The position numbers were made by a program, and so were the translations under genes. The notes beneath the pieces were generated by a model, which was not told where the DNA came from, searched no databases, and saw nothing but the letters and a program-made list of their open reading frames with translations. This document shows positions 47,215-57,507 of a stretch of 64,000 nucleotides of DNA, piece by piece (the stretch's first letter is position 1; the number at the start of each line of letters is the position of its first letter). The stretch is from Syntrophales bacterium (GTDB lineage: Bacteria; Desulfobacterota; Syntrophia; Syntrophales; UBA6807), in contig JAXGPA010000001.1 of NCBI GenBank assembly GCA_040767195.1, forward strand, positions 448,001-512,000, written 5' to 3'.

Positions 47215-47946
47215 GCCTCACCCTCCCGGGAAAGACCGGCAAGATCGAAGAGCCGGGGGATGAAGATGGACCGCATCCGCTCGGGAAAGAGGGCCCTTTC
47301 GGCTGTGATCCGCCGGTTCCTCTCCGCCACGGCCGCCCAGTTCCTTTCCATGTCCCCGATCTCGGAGAGGGAAAGGCCGTCATGACAGAGCAAGCCTTTT
47401 TCGCCGTGTTTCACCCTCTCCCGATTGGCGGGGAGGTTGGAGACGATGGGAATGCATCCGTGAACCACGGCGAAATCGGGAACGTCCCCACGGACGCAGC
47501 TGTGAGCCGAAACCACGCACCCTTTCCCGATACGGGTTCCCGGCATGATAACGGAAAAGGGCCCGACGTAAGTGCAGGGGCCGATGGAAACCTCGCCTTC
47601 CCCGTATTCCCCAAGATCCTTCTCACCGACGTAGGCCCGGCCGTGGAGCCGGATCGCCCGGTGGCTCGAATGAGTCAGGATGCTCACAATACCCTGACCT
47701 GGAAGCCTTCCCCGATGGTCACTTTCCGGAACGTGTCGATGAAATTGAAAGGGCCGATGTAAACGTGGTCCTCCACCATGAAGTTTCTCCCGTCCCCGAT
47801 GTGGGCGGCACTGCTCACACGGGTGTGATGAAAAAAGGCTCCGTCGAAACGGCGGCAGCATAGTGCATGACCGGTTTCAGGGAAAGCCTTTTCAGCTCCT
47901 TTTTCAGCTGCCGGAACCAAATCCGGGCCCTCTCGCTCACGGTCAT
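47211..47946 (-). pseudogene. Frameshifted hexapeptide-repeat acetyltransferase fused by deletion to the C-terminal remnant of a GT4 glycosyltransferase
   Basis: Acetyltransferase pieces lie in three frames (MTVSERARIW... / ...VYIGPFNFIDTFRKVTIGEG / SILTHSSH...IGPCTYVGPFSVIMPGTRIGKGCVVSAHS..PDFAVV). The sequence then switches abruptly to GCIPIVSNLPANRE...GEKGLL, a GT4 tail. Confidence 0.75.
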
Positions 47947-48022
47947 AGGAGCCTTCTGCCTGATTTGCCGCAGCCCATCCCGGCCTCCTTTTTCAGGACC
48001 CGAACCGGTCTTTCCAAACCCT

Positions 48023-49306
48023 TCACGACGCCCCGTTCCCGACCCCCTGGTCGGGCGGAAGAATCCTTACGACCCACAGGATCATCCCGACGAGAAAGAC
48101 GACCTGGGTTGCGGAAAGAAGAAAAAGACTCCATGTCACGTCTCCCGTCCAGATTCCGCCGGCGGCGACCGCCCCGAGGACGAGGGCTATCCCCGTCACG
48201 TTCAGGCCAAGCAGTTCCTTCTGCCGGTTGACAAGGAGGGGCACCTGGGACAGGGGGGCGAAGGCGAACCGGAGCATCATCCAGGGGGCGAGGATCCGGG
48301 CGTATTCCCCGGCCACCCGCCAGGGGCTTCCGAGAACGAAGGCGAACAGTTCCGGACCCCAGAGGAGAATGATGAGAAAAATAGGGGACGCCACCGCGAG
48401 CGCCCCCAGAAGGACCCGGACGGTGAGCTCCTTCAGGTTTTCATCTCGTGCCATCATTTCCGCCGCTTTCTGGTAGAAGACATGGGACAGGGCGCTCCCG
48501 ATGAAAGACAAGGGAACCGCGAGAATCCGAAATGTCCGGGAGTAAACCCCCAGGGACGCCTCGTCGAAATAATAGGCGATGAGGAAGCTGATCCCACTGT
48601 ACTGGGCCGTGTCGGTGAGAATGAACCACGTGTTCAGCTGGGGGAATTCGCGGTAGGACCGGGCGGCGGCCGTCATGTCCCGCCAGCTGGCTGGGAGAGA
48701 AGGTCCTTTCTTCCGGAAAAAACCAAAAAAAGCCAGGTGGGCCGCTGAAAGGGCCTGGCCCGCCACCTGGGCCAGGACGAGCCCCGACGCCCCCAGGCCC
48801 CCATATCCGGCGGCAACGCCGAGGCCGGCGTTGGACAGGCTCTGGGTCACCCGGGAGCCGGAGATCTGCAAGAAATCTTTTCTCCGAACTATCCAGTAGT
48901 GCAGGCTCTGGTAAATGCCGTAGAAAAAAACCACGACGGGCACGAGATAAAGATAGGGTGAAAGCCCGGGGCTCCCGAAAAGGCGGCAGATCGGCCCGTT
49001 GAATCCCGTCATGAGAAAGAGCGAAACGACCGAAACGAAGAGCGTGACCGTGACGGCCACCCAGAAGACCGGGGCGGCCTCCCTCTCCCCGGCGGGGATC
49101 ATGACGGCCATCTCGTAGCGCCCCGTCGCGACAACGGCAAAAAGGGTGCTGATGGAAATGAAGAGAGCCAGGATCCCGAACTCCTCCGGCCGGTACAGGC
49201 GGGTCAGGAAGGGCTCTGCCGCCAGGGGAATGACCTGGGCGACGGCATTCCCCGTAACCAGGGCCATGACGTTTCGGACAAAATCGGAGGAAAGAAGCTT
49301 TATCAC
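48023..49306 (-). CDS. wzx: Wzx-type oligosaccharide flippase
   Basis: Multi-TM MOP-family pattern: GNAVAQ...LTRLYRPEEFG, TGRYEMAV and WRVAGEYARIL. Confidence 0.85.
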   Translation of the reverse strand: MIKLLSSDFVRNVMALVTGNAVAQVIPLAAEPFLTRLYRPEEFGILALFISISTLFAVVATGRYEMAVMIPAGEREAAPVFWVAVTVTLFVSVVSLFLMTGFNGPICRLFGSPGLSPYLYLVPVVVFFYGIYQSLHYWIVRRKDFLQISGSRVTQSLSNAGLGVAAGYGGLGASGLVLAQVAGQALSAAHLAFFGFFRKKGPSLPASWRDMTAAARSYREFPQLNTWFILTDTAQYSGISFLIAYYFDEASLGVYSRTFRILAVPLSFIGSALSHVFYQKAAEMMARDENLKELTVRVLLGALAVASPIFLIILLWGPELFAFVLGSPWRVAGEYARILAPWMMLRFAFAPLSQVPLLVNRQKELLGLNVTGIALVLGAVAAGGIWTGDVTWSLFLLSATQVVFLVGMILWVVRILPPDQGVGNGAS

Positions 49307-49453
49307 ACAAACCGTCTCGACGATCGGTCGGGGCGCGGGCCCCGTGTCTGTAAAAATTCCACCTGGCCGTGCCGGCCCGGGTCCATTTCCAAACCGGGAA
49401 GGGCAGGCCTTTGCTGTGTCGTTTCATCGTGACCGGGCAGAGGCGAGGGTCCG

Positions 49454-51052
49454 TCACGAACCGGCTTTCTCCAAGCCCCCGGATGCCTTCCTGTAATCGA
49501 GACCGCACCCGGGGCAGCAAAGCCGGTCGTCCAGGGTCGTCCCGCAATCACAGACCCACCCCTTCAGCCTCGCCGGGTTTCCCGTGACGAGGCCATGGTC
49601 GGGAACGTTTCCGGTCACCACCGCCCCGGCGCCGACCAGGGCATACCGTCCGATGGTCACCCCGCAGACGATGGTGGCGTTCGCCCCAATGGTCGCCCCC
49701 TTTTTCACCACCGTCGCTCTCAGTTCATCCATTTTCCGGATCTCCGCCCGGGGGTTGAAGACGTTCGTGAAAACCATGGACGGGCCGCAGAAAACCCCGT
49801 CCTCCAGGGTCACCCCCTTGTAGACGCTCACGTTGTTCTGGATCCGGCACCGCGACCCGATGGTCACGTCGGGGCCGATGACCACGTTCTGACCGATATT
49901 GCAGCCCTCCCCGACGCGGGACCCGGGAAGAACATGGGAAAAATGCCACACCCGGGTCCCCTCTCCGATGAAGGCCCCTTTCTCGACAATCGCCGTGGGG
50001 TGGACGAAAGCCTTCACCGGCCGCTCTTCTTTTTGCCCGGGAGAGTCCGCTGCCCCCTTCCCGGCGAAGGGGACTTCCCGCCCCCCCTCGTCGAGGGACT
50101 GCTGGGATGCATTCAGGATCTGCAGAACCTTGAGCCCTTCCCGGCCGTCGGTCACCGGGGGTTCGCCCGTTTTGACGCTCCTGAGAAACTGAAGGCACTC
50201 GAGCTTCAAGGGTTCCGCCTCGTCGAGGGGGATGCGCTCCGCCTCCGCTTTCGAGGCCACGGGGACCTGGTTCCGCCACCGGATCTCGTGGGGATAGAGC
50301 ACCAGCTTGTCCGTCCAGGGCTGCGTGTCGTCGAAAACAGCCATCTTCCGGTCCCCCACGACGACGAGCTTCTGCTCCTTGAAAGGGTGGAGCCAGGAAA
50401 CGAAGATGTGGGCCCGAAGCCCCGAGGGAAAATGAAGGTGGGTCATGGTCACGTCGGCGATCTTCTGGTGGAGGTAATTCCCCCCGGTGGCGGAAACGCT
50501 TTCCGCCTCCTCTCCGGCCAGTCCGAGAATCATGGAGATGTCATGGGGGGCGAAAGACCACAGGGCGTTCTCCTCCCGCCGGATCTTCCCCAGGTTGAGC
50601 CGGTTCGAATAGATGTAATTCACCCGTCCCAACTCGCCGGCTTTCACGAGTTCTTTCAGACGGATGAAAGCGGGGTGATACTGAAGAAGGTGCCCCACCA
50701 TGAGGATCCGGCGGCCCGACGCCGCCAGGTCGATGAGTTCCAGGGCTTCCTCCTCACGGAGGACCAGGGGTTTTTCCACGAAGGCGTGTTTCCCCGCCAG
50801 CAAGACCTCGCGGACCACCGTGTAATGCGTTTCCGCCGGCGTCGCCACAACGGCGGCGGAAATGTCTTCTCGGGAAAGGACGTCGCTCACCGCCAGGACC
50901 CCCTTGACGCCGGGAAAAGCCGCTTCCACCTCCGCCAGGACGGCCTCATTCTTGTCGCAGACGAGGCGAAGGGCGCCCAGTTCATGAAAATTCCGGACCA
51001 GGTTCCGTCCCCAGTATCCCGCTCCGATGACGGCGATACCTGATGTTGTCAT
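49454..51052 (-). CDS. Gfo/Idh/MocA oxidoreductase fused to a hexapeptide N-acetyltransferase (WbpB/WlbA plus WbpD/WlbB-like)
   Basis: GAGYWG, VEKP and SFAPHDIS in the N-half; [54 protein letters not shown] in the C-half. Confidence 0.88.
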   Translation of the reverse strand: MTTSGIAVIGAGYWGRNLVRNFHELGALRLVCDKNEAVLAEVEAAFPGVKGVLAVSDVLSREDISAAVVATPAETHYTVVREVLLAGKHAFVEKPLVLREEEALELIDLAASGRRILMVGHLLQYHPAFIRLKELVKAGELGRVNYIYSNRLNLGKIRREENALWSFAPHDISMILGLAGEEAESVSATGGNYLHQKIADVTMTHLHFPSGLRAHIFVSWLHPFKEQKLVVVGDRKMAVFDDTQPWTDKLVLYPHEIRWRNQVPVASKAEAERIPLDEAEPLKLECLQFLRSVKTGEPPVTDGREGLKVLQILNASQQSLDEGGREVPFAGKGAADSPGQKEERPVKAFVHPTAIVEKGAFIGEGTRVWHFSHVLPGSRVGEGCNIGQNVVIGPDVTIGSRCRIQNNVSVYKGVTLEDGVFCGPSMVFTNVFNPRAEIRKMDELRATVVKKGATIGANATIVCGVTIGRYALVGAGAVVTGNVPDHGLVTGNPARLKGWVCDCGTTLDDRLCCPGCGLDYRKASGGLEKAGS

Positions 51053-51146
51053 GGCAAGATCCTTTCACGTCATATCGGGAAAGATGAGACCCTGAAGAAC
51101 CGGTCGACCGTCTCAAGGGTTTCCCCTTGAAACGCCCCCAGGCTCA

Positions 51147-52154
51147 TCAATCTCCAAAAGGCTGAACCGCCGGGTTTTCCGCCGCTCTTCTCCTGATATG
51201 CGAACCGAAGAAAACGAAAGCGGTGAAAAACAACAGGAGCAGCAAAGTCACTGAAAAAAACCCATAAGGCTTCACGAGAAAAAGAAGGCTCCCGAGAATG
51301 ATCTGGACCATCCCGTAAAGAATGGAGATTTTCCAGTGGGCAACGCCTCTCTCGTTGGCCAGTACCTGGTACAGGTGCCGGCGGTGAGCCAGGAGGAGAT
51401 TTTCTCCCCGTCTCCACCGGATGAACAGGGTCGTCAGCACGTCAGCGTAAATGAGGCCGGCGCATCCGGACAGGACGGCGAAATCGAGGGGGCTCCCGGA
51501 CAGGATGATGACGAGCCCACCGTAGAGAAAACCGATAAGGATGCTGCCCACGTCCCCCATGAAGACCTTGGCCCGGGGAAAATTGAGGGGAAGGAATCCC
51601 AGGCACGCCGCCGCCAGGCAGAGGGCGAGCCGGAAATACAGGAGGTCGCCTCCTTCCGTATACACGAACAAGGCTGCGAATCCGAAAGAAACGGCACTGG
51701 ATAGGGCGAGCATCCCGTCGATACCGTCCATGAAATTGAAAAAATTGGCCGTGCCGACGATGTAAACGGAGGCGAAAAGGACGAAAGGAATGAGCAGCTC
51801 GGATCCAGCAGCCGGTCCCGCCAGGGGGAAGAAGGATAGAACAAAAACGGCCACGACGGCGAACTGGATGGCCAGGCGGAAGAGAGGGGAAAGCTTGAAC
51901 CAGTCGCCGTAAAGGCTGACGAGGGACAGGATGGCGGCGGGAAACCAGAGCCCGGGAGGAACCCGGAGATAGAGGGCGGCGAAAAGAAAGGCGGCCAGAA
52001 TACCCACACCGCCACCCGTGGGCATGGGGTCCCGGTGGGAACTTCTCTCCCCGGGCATGTCGATCAACCGTCCATTCCGGGCGAACTTCATGACGAGGAG
52101 GCCGCCGAGGGCGCTCAGGGTAATGCTGAGAAGATAAAGGGCCATGTCCGTCAT
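51147..52154 (-). CDS. MraY/WecA-family undecaprenyl-phosphate HexNAc-1-phosphate transferase (WbpL-like)
   Basis: RSSH..PTGGG, NFFNFMDGIDG, FMGDVGS and AHRRHLYQ. Confidence 0.9.
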   Translation of the reverse strand: MTDMALYLLSITLSALGGLLVMKFARNGRLIDMPGERSSHRDPMPTGGGVGILAAFLFAALYLRVPPGLWFPAAILSLVSLYGDWFKLSPLFRLAIQFAVVAVFVLSFFPLAGPAAGSELLIPFVLFASVYIVGTANFFNFMDGIDGMLALSSAVSFGFAALFVYTEGGDLLYFRLALCLAAACLGFLPLNFPRAKVFMGDVGSILIGFLYGGLVIILSGSPLDFAVLSGCAGLIYADVLTTLFIRWRRGENLLLAHRRHLYQVLANERGVAHWKISILYGMVQIILGSLLFLVKPYGFFSVTLLLLLFFTAFVFFGSHIRRRAAENPAVQPFGD

Positions 52155-53107
52155 GATGGAAGAAGTACCGTTTCCAGGCTGTGGGCGGGCCGGAAACCCC
52201 TATCGAGGAGCTTATCCGGAGAATAGGTCATGTCCTGGAAGATTTTCCCCCCCTGGGACCTGAGTGAGAAAAGGGGCCCCGCGGGAACCCGGCGGAAAGC
52301 CCGGTCCAGCAGTTGCAGAAAGCCTGACGGCACCGCAATCCCGGGAAGGGGGGCGAACAGACCCGATTTCCGGAAAACTCCCGTCATTTCGTTGAACGTG
52401 TAAGGCCGCCCGTCACAAAGATTGTAGACCTGAAATCCCTCGAAACGATCCCGGTTCCGGAGTATGAATTTTACCGCCCCGGAAACGTTCTGACGAGCGA
52501 GGGCGGACATCTTCTGTTCGCCCGACCCGTAACGGACATAGGCGATCCGGCCGGGAACCATGATCCTTCTTTCGAGATTCCGCGTCCAGTCCCGGTCGTA
52601 ACAGGGGGCGAGACGAAGGATGAGGGCTTTTCGAAGAAGGTCCCGGTCGTAAAGATCCCGAAGGCATTTTTCGCCATACCGTTTGCTCTTTCCGTTAATC
52701 CCCGACGGCCGGCACGGATCTTCTTCGACGATGGGCCCCCGTTTACCTCCCATCCCGTAAACGGAAACGGAAGAAAGGAAAATGAAAAAAACCCCGGGGT
52801 TGACACGGGCGGAAAGGGCGCCGAGCCTCTCCGACACGAGACCGTTCATCTCCATGCAGCGCCTGTCGTTTTTTCGAAGCCATCTCCCCGTTTTCAGGCC
52901 GGCTCCGTGAATCACCACGTCCGGCCTGATCTTTTCAAGCATGTTCGTCATTGCAAAAGGATCGCGAAGATCCACCCGCATCCAGGGGATGTTCAAAGCT
53001 GGTGGAACGTGGGCATGATAGGTCCCCGTCACGTCGTGACGGGAAGAAAGATCTCTGCAGAGGGCGCTTCCGATGAACCCGCTGCCGCCGGTAACCAGGA
53101 TTCTCAT
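52151..53107 (-). CDS. NAD-dependent epimerase/dehydratase-family protein (catalytic Tyr apparently replaced)
   Basis: TGGSGFIG and FLSSVSVYG, but the YxxxK position reads NGKSK. Confidence 0.8.
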   Translation of the reverse strand: MRILVTGGSGFIGSALCRDLSSRHDVTGTYHAHVPPALNIPWMRVDLRDPFAMTNMLEKIRPDVVIHGAGLKTGRWLRKNDRRCMEMNGLVSERLGALSARVNPGVFFIFLSSVSVYGMGGKRGPIVEEDPCRPSGINGKSKRYGEKCLRDLYDRDLLRKALILRLAPCYDRDWTRNLERRIMVPGRIAYVRYGSGEQKMSALARQNVSGAVKFILRNRDRFEGFQVYNLCDGRPYTFNEMTGVFRKSGLFAPLPGIAVPSGFLQLLDRAFRRVPAGPLFSLRSQGGKIFQDMTYSPDKLLDRGFRPAHSLETVLLPS

Positions 53108-54021
53108 CGTTTTACCGGATTCAATTTTCTGCGTCTTATCATGTGGTAGAGGGAAACAACACCCAGACGGGCGGCGAGGATGGGAAGAATGACAGGCCCC
53201 AGAATGAATTTGGGGATCTTCGCGTTCTTCGCCACGAGCCGCCAGCAGCTCTTGTGGAACTCATAAATGGAGGGGAAAAGGCGTTTCTCGCTGCTCCCGC
53301 CGACGTGGTGGATTACCGACACCAGGGGAAAATAAACAACTTTCCATCCTGCCTGCCACATTCTCCCGCAAAGGTCGACATCCTCCCAATACATGAAGAA
53401 ACGCTCATCAAGGAAACCCACCTCATCGAGGACCTCTTTCCTTACCACCATGCACGCTCCGGAAACCCAGTCCACCGGCATGGGGGTTTTCCCATCGCAA
53501 CGGTCATGGATCATGTTTTTCCGGGAAACGGGGTTGTTGGGAAACCAACGGGTCAGAAAGGAATTCCGGCCGAAAAGGGCCGTCAGGGGCGTCGGAAAGG
53601 TACGGGCGGAACCCTGGATCGTCCCGTCGGGATTCATGATCCTTGGGCCGAGAATGCCCACCTCTCGATGTTCCCTCATGTAGGCCTGAATGCCGTCGAA
53701 AAAATTCGGCCGGAGGACCGTGTCGGGATTCAGCAGGACGACGAGGGGAGACCGGCATTTCGAGAGAAGGGCATTGACGGATCTCGAATACCCTTCATTG
53801 CGCGGCGCCCGTTCCATTTCGATCCCGGGATACTGACAGGTGACTCTCTCCGTACCGTCCCGTGACGCGTTGTCCCGGACGTAAACGTGAAGGGGAATAC
53901 CGTTTGGGGCCTCGTGGATCGACTTGAGACATTTCAGAAGATAGTCCGTGCTGTTGAAGTTGACGATCACCACGTCGATGGGAGAATTGTCATGGATCTC
54001 TCTTCCATCTTCGCAAATCAT
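53104..54021 (-). CDS. GT2 glycosyltransferase (WbbL-like)
   Basis: DNASRDGT, LLNPDT, VDWVSGAC and FDE-like FLDERFFMYWEDVDLC. Start uncertain; the ORF track gives 54099. Confidence 0.88.
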   Translation of the reverse strand: MICEDGREIHDNSPIDVVIVNFNSTDYLLKCLKSIHEAPNGIPLHVYVRDNASRDGTERVTCQYPGIEMERAPRNEGYSRSVNALLSKCRSPLVVLLNPDTVLRPNFFDGIQAYMREHREVGILGPRIMNPDGTIQGSARTFPTPLTALFGRNSFLTRWFPNNPVSRKNMIHDRCDGKTPMPVDWVSGACMVVRKEVLDEVGFLDERFFMYWEDVDLCGRMWQAGWKVVYFPLVSVIHHVGGSSEKRLFPSIYEFHKSCWRLVAKNAKIPKFILGPVILPILAARLGVVSLYHMIRRRKLNPVKR

Positions 54022-54059
54022 GCGGAATCTTACCCCCCGTTTCAAAACCGCCGGCCCGT

Positions 54060-55088
54060 TCAAAAGGCGGCGATCCTCGTCGCCCCGCGGGATCGACAAA
54101 GCCTTCTAACGGATTCTTCCCTGAAGAGTCCCCAGATCTGCCGATTCGTGAGAATCCTTTTTTTCTGAATCTGCTTCCTTTTATTCAGCATTTTCGGAAA
54201 GCCCCGCAGAGCATCGAATTTCGCCCTGAGGAAGGTGAGGCCTCTCCCCCGAAGCGTAAAAAAAAGCAGGGAACCTATACCATAGAACAGGTGCAGATGG
54301 ATAGTCCGAAAAATGAGCGCTGCCGGCATGTTTTTCAGGTACACCCATTCGAGGTTCCTGTGGCCGTAATAAACGGATACCGGCGAATCCCGAACAATGG
54401 ATGCGCTGGTCCCGTGGAAAACGACGGCATCGGGAACATAAATGCAGCCATAGCCCCGAAGCTGGGCCCGGAAACTCAGGTCGACATCCTCATGAAGGAT
54501 AAAGAAATCGTTATCGAAAAGCCCGATGTTTTCCAGCATGGCCGACCGGTAGAGAGCGGCACCGGCGCAGGCGCCGAAAACCCATTCCTCCTCGCCGAAG
54601 CGCCCGGCATCCTCACCCCGGCCCCTCAGCCAGCCGTTCCCGGCTGTCGTATAGCCGTCGCCGGCCCGGTCGATGACCGTCGGCCGGTCCCGGAAGAGCA
54701 TCTTGGAGGCGGCGAAGCCGGCCCGGGGATGTCTTTCCAGAGCTCTTAGCAGGTTTTTCAGCCACGACGGGTGGGGAATGGCATCGTTGTTCAGCAGGGC
54801 CACATATTCCGTTCCAACCCGCTCCAGGGCCCTGTTGTTTCCTTCGGCAAATCCGAGATTCCGCCTGAACGGCAAGATCTCGACTTCCGGAAACGCCTGC
54901 TCGACGAATTCCACGGAACCGTCCTCGGAGCCGTTGTCCACGAGGAGAATCCGGACGCCGGGAACATCCTGGCGCCGAAGAGCGCCGAGACAGTCTCCCA
55001 GGAAACGTTTCCCGTTCCAGTTCACGACAATGACGGTGATGAGAAAGTCTCCATTGTCCGGTATGACGGCGCTTCCCTTCCGATTCAC
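54060..55088 (-). CDS. GT2 glycosyltransferase
   Basis: VVNWNG, VDNGSEDGS, NLGFAEGNN, LLNNDA and FDNDFFILHEDVDLSFR. Confidence 0.9.
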   Translation of the reverse strand: MNRKGSAVIPDNGDFLITVIVVNWNGKRFLGDCLGALRRQDVPGVRILLVDNGSEDGSVEFVEQAFPEVEILPFRRNLGFAEGNNRALERVGTEYVALLNNDAIPHPSWLKNLLRALERHPRAGFAASKMLFRDRPTVIDRAGDGYTTAGNGWLRGRGEDAGRFGEEEWVFGACAGAALYRSAMLENIGLFDNDFFILHEDVDLSFRAQLRGYGCIYVPDAVVFHGTSASIVRDSPVSVYYGHRNLEWVYLKNMPAALIFRTIHLHLFYGIGSLLFFTLRGRGLTFLRAKFDALRGFPKMLNKRKQIQKKRILTNRQIWGLFREESVRRLCRSRGATRIAAF

Positions 55089-55321
55089 GGCAATCGTCCC
55101 CTGTTTTCAGGGAAAATAATGGATAGCATACCAAAAACGATTCGTTTTCGAAACGGTTTACATCGAAAAACGGAAAAACCTGCCCGGAGAGATGTAAGAG
55201 GAATATCAAAACCGGTCTTCGGTTCTGCCCTGCCGATGAAATGTCCCGACGGCTCAACAGGACCGAAGGGGAGCAGGATCTTCCGAAAACCCCGCTCCCC
55301 CTTTCCCATGTTATCTGTCCA

Positions 55322-57460
55322 TCACAGGCCGGGCAACGCGTCCAGCATGGATCCGTCTCTCGAGGCGTTCAGCTGGAAAGCGGCGACCGTCCCCGTGGAA
55401 GAAATCACCAGGTAAGTCGCCTCGGAAACAGAATTCCCGAAGAACTCCGACGGCTTGATGATGATTTTCCCTCTGGCCTCGAGACCGGTTGACTTCACCG
55501 CCACTTTCCCGCCTTCGTCGTTGAAGAGTTCCACGGTGAGCGTGGCCGCTTCGCCGTCGATGTTGACGACCCCGATCCCCGTTGCCCCGTCTTTTTCCAT
55601 TTTCGGCAGGATGGCCGTCAGCCCGTCGATGTTGAGGGTCTCGTGACAGGCCGCCAGGTTCACCCGGCGGAAGAAAGTCAGGCCTGTCACGGGAACGGGG
55701 GACGTGACTTCGAACCACCCGGCTTTTTCCGGAAGGGTGAAGGCCCCCGGGTACCGGAGGTTTATGGAGCTTTCCCCTTCGATGGACAAAACACTTTCCT
55801 CAAGGGGCTCTCCCCCGTCGCCGTAAGGCTTGATCGTGATGTCGCAAGACTCCCCGGATGTGTTGAAAACAACGCAATCCGTTTCCCAGCCGTTTTCACC
55901 CGCCACATGCACATTGTACAGGGCAAAGCCCCCGTCGTCCTTGAGCGGGATTCCTCCCAGCTGCCGCCCCCGGGCAAACAGGGCGACCCCTATGACGCCG
56001 TCGCCGTTTTCGATGACCGCCGACGAGAGGGACGGCCGGGGCCGCCCGTCGAAGAGCTCCCTGATGGAGAAGGCCCGCTGGTGAAGGGATTCGAGGATCA
56101 GGCTCTTTTTCGTCCCATCGTTGAACGCCATGGTGATGACCCGGCGTTCCCGGGACGTGTTCAGCAGGGCGAGCCCCGTCGCCGCCTGTTCGTTCGATTC
56201 GACATGGGGAAGGAAAAGGGGGCCCTGGTTGATGTCGCTGTTCCTGAAGGCCGGAGAAGCCGCCCGGCAGACACCTTCAAGAAACCACTTGGCATATCCC
56301 GCCACGGTCTCCGACGGGCTCGTAAAAACCGCGTAACGGACCTGGCCGGCGCTCTCGAACCCCGAACCGGGATCCCCGGCAAGGACTTCGAACCGTCCCC
56401 TGGGAGGGAGATCAACCGCTATTTCGGACACATATTCTCCGTCGTCCCGGTAACCGATGAGGACACCCTCCAGGGGGTCTTCGGCGCTTGTGTTGATGAT
56501 GGCTATTTCCGTCTCCCACCGCCCGTCGCTGACCACATAGGGGAAGTGAACGAGCTGGATGTCCTCGCAGGCCTCGATGTCCGACGCCCAGGCGACCATC
56601 CCGCCCTGCATGACATACACGAGAGGATAGCCCATGGAATCGAGAAAGCGGCCCGCCCGGTCAGCCCGGACACCGGATCGGCAGATGAGGAGGACCGGTC
56701 TGTTTTTCTGCAATTCCCCATATCTCAGCTGGAAGACCCCGGAATTCCAGGGATAATTCACGGAACCCGGAATGTGTCCTGAACAGTACTCGCTTGCTTC
56801 CCGGACGTCGACGGCCTGAACGTTTCCCGACGTCTGCATCATGACCTGGGCTTCTTCCGGCGTTATGGTGGAATGAACCAGAGGAAGGAAGTTCGCCTGC
56901 ACATTTTTTCTCGAATCGACGACAAGATCCGACGGGTTGGCGCTTCCATCCAGATCACCGGACCACTGGTCGAACCGGTATCCAGTCGCGGGAACGGCTT
57001 CGACCCGGGCCGTCGCGGGGGACGGAAAGGAAATCGTCCCGGGATAGGCGCTGATGAGGCTGCCGTTGACCTTCACCTGCCCTCCCCCGGACGGATTCAC
57101 GGAAACGGTCAGTTCCAGGATGGGGGCAAAAACGGCCGTGACGGTTTTCTGGCAGTTCACGTACAGGATGGCCGGATTGGCGCTGCCCGTCAGGTCGCCG
57201 GCCCAATGGTCGAAACGATATCCCGCACCGGGAACGGCCTGAATCTGAACGTTCCGGCCAGAGGAAAAACTGACATAGTAGGGAAAGGAAGAGACGGAAG
57301 CCCCGTCAATCCTCACGGTTCCACTGTTTTCGGGGCTGACATACACGGTCAGGCCAAGGCTGCTTCAGGCCCCTTCCGCCACCCCGGCGGCCGTTAAAGA
57401 GTAAACGAAAATCCATGCCACAAGAATTGACATGAGAACAAGAGCTCTTTTTCCTTTCAT
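55322..57460 (-). CDS. Secreted multidomain protein (signal peptide, in-frame UGA at codon 32, two InlB B-repeat-like modules, rhodanese domain, four beta-rich repeats); candidate selenoprotein of 712 aa
   Basis: ATG 57460 with an AAAGGGA SD gives MKGKRALVLMSILVAWIFVYSLTAAGVAEGA-TGA(57365-57367)-SSLGLTVYVSPENSG, in frame with the 674-aa ORF. Repeats A.P..GYRFD.W.GDL.GSANP; rhodanese DVRE..EY..GHIPGS, CRSGVR and GGMVAW. Confidence 0.8.
57334..57355 (-). promoter_or_regulatory. Candidate bacterial SECIS hairpin
   Basis: GG(C)CUGAC-CGUGUAU-GUCAG-CC stem-loop. The loop begins 17 nt after the UGA and has GU at loop positions 2-3. Confidence 0.65.
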
Positions 57461-57507
57461 AAAGACACGTTCCCTTTCAGATCGAGATTTCTGCGTTTTC
57501 TTAAATT

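Noticed and set aside
47211..47861. The 216-aa ORF as an intact gene
   Set aside because: Its N-terminal part is out-of-frame sequence; it is one piece of the frameshifted chimeric pseudogene.
55134..55148. AAAACGATTCGTTTT palindrome upstream of the glycan operon as an operator or JUMPstart/ops site
   Set aside because: No GGCGGTAG ops motif is present, and a single short AT-rich palindrome is too weak to assign.
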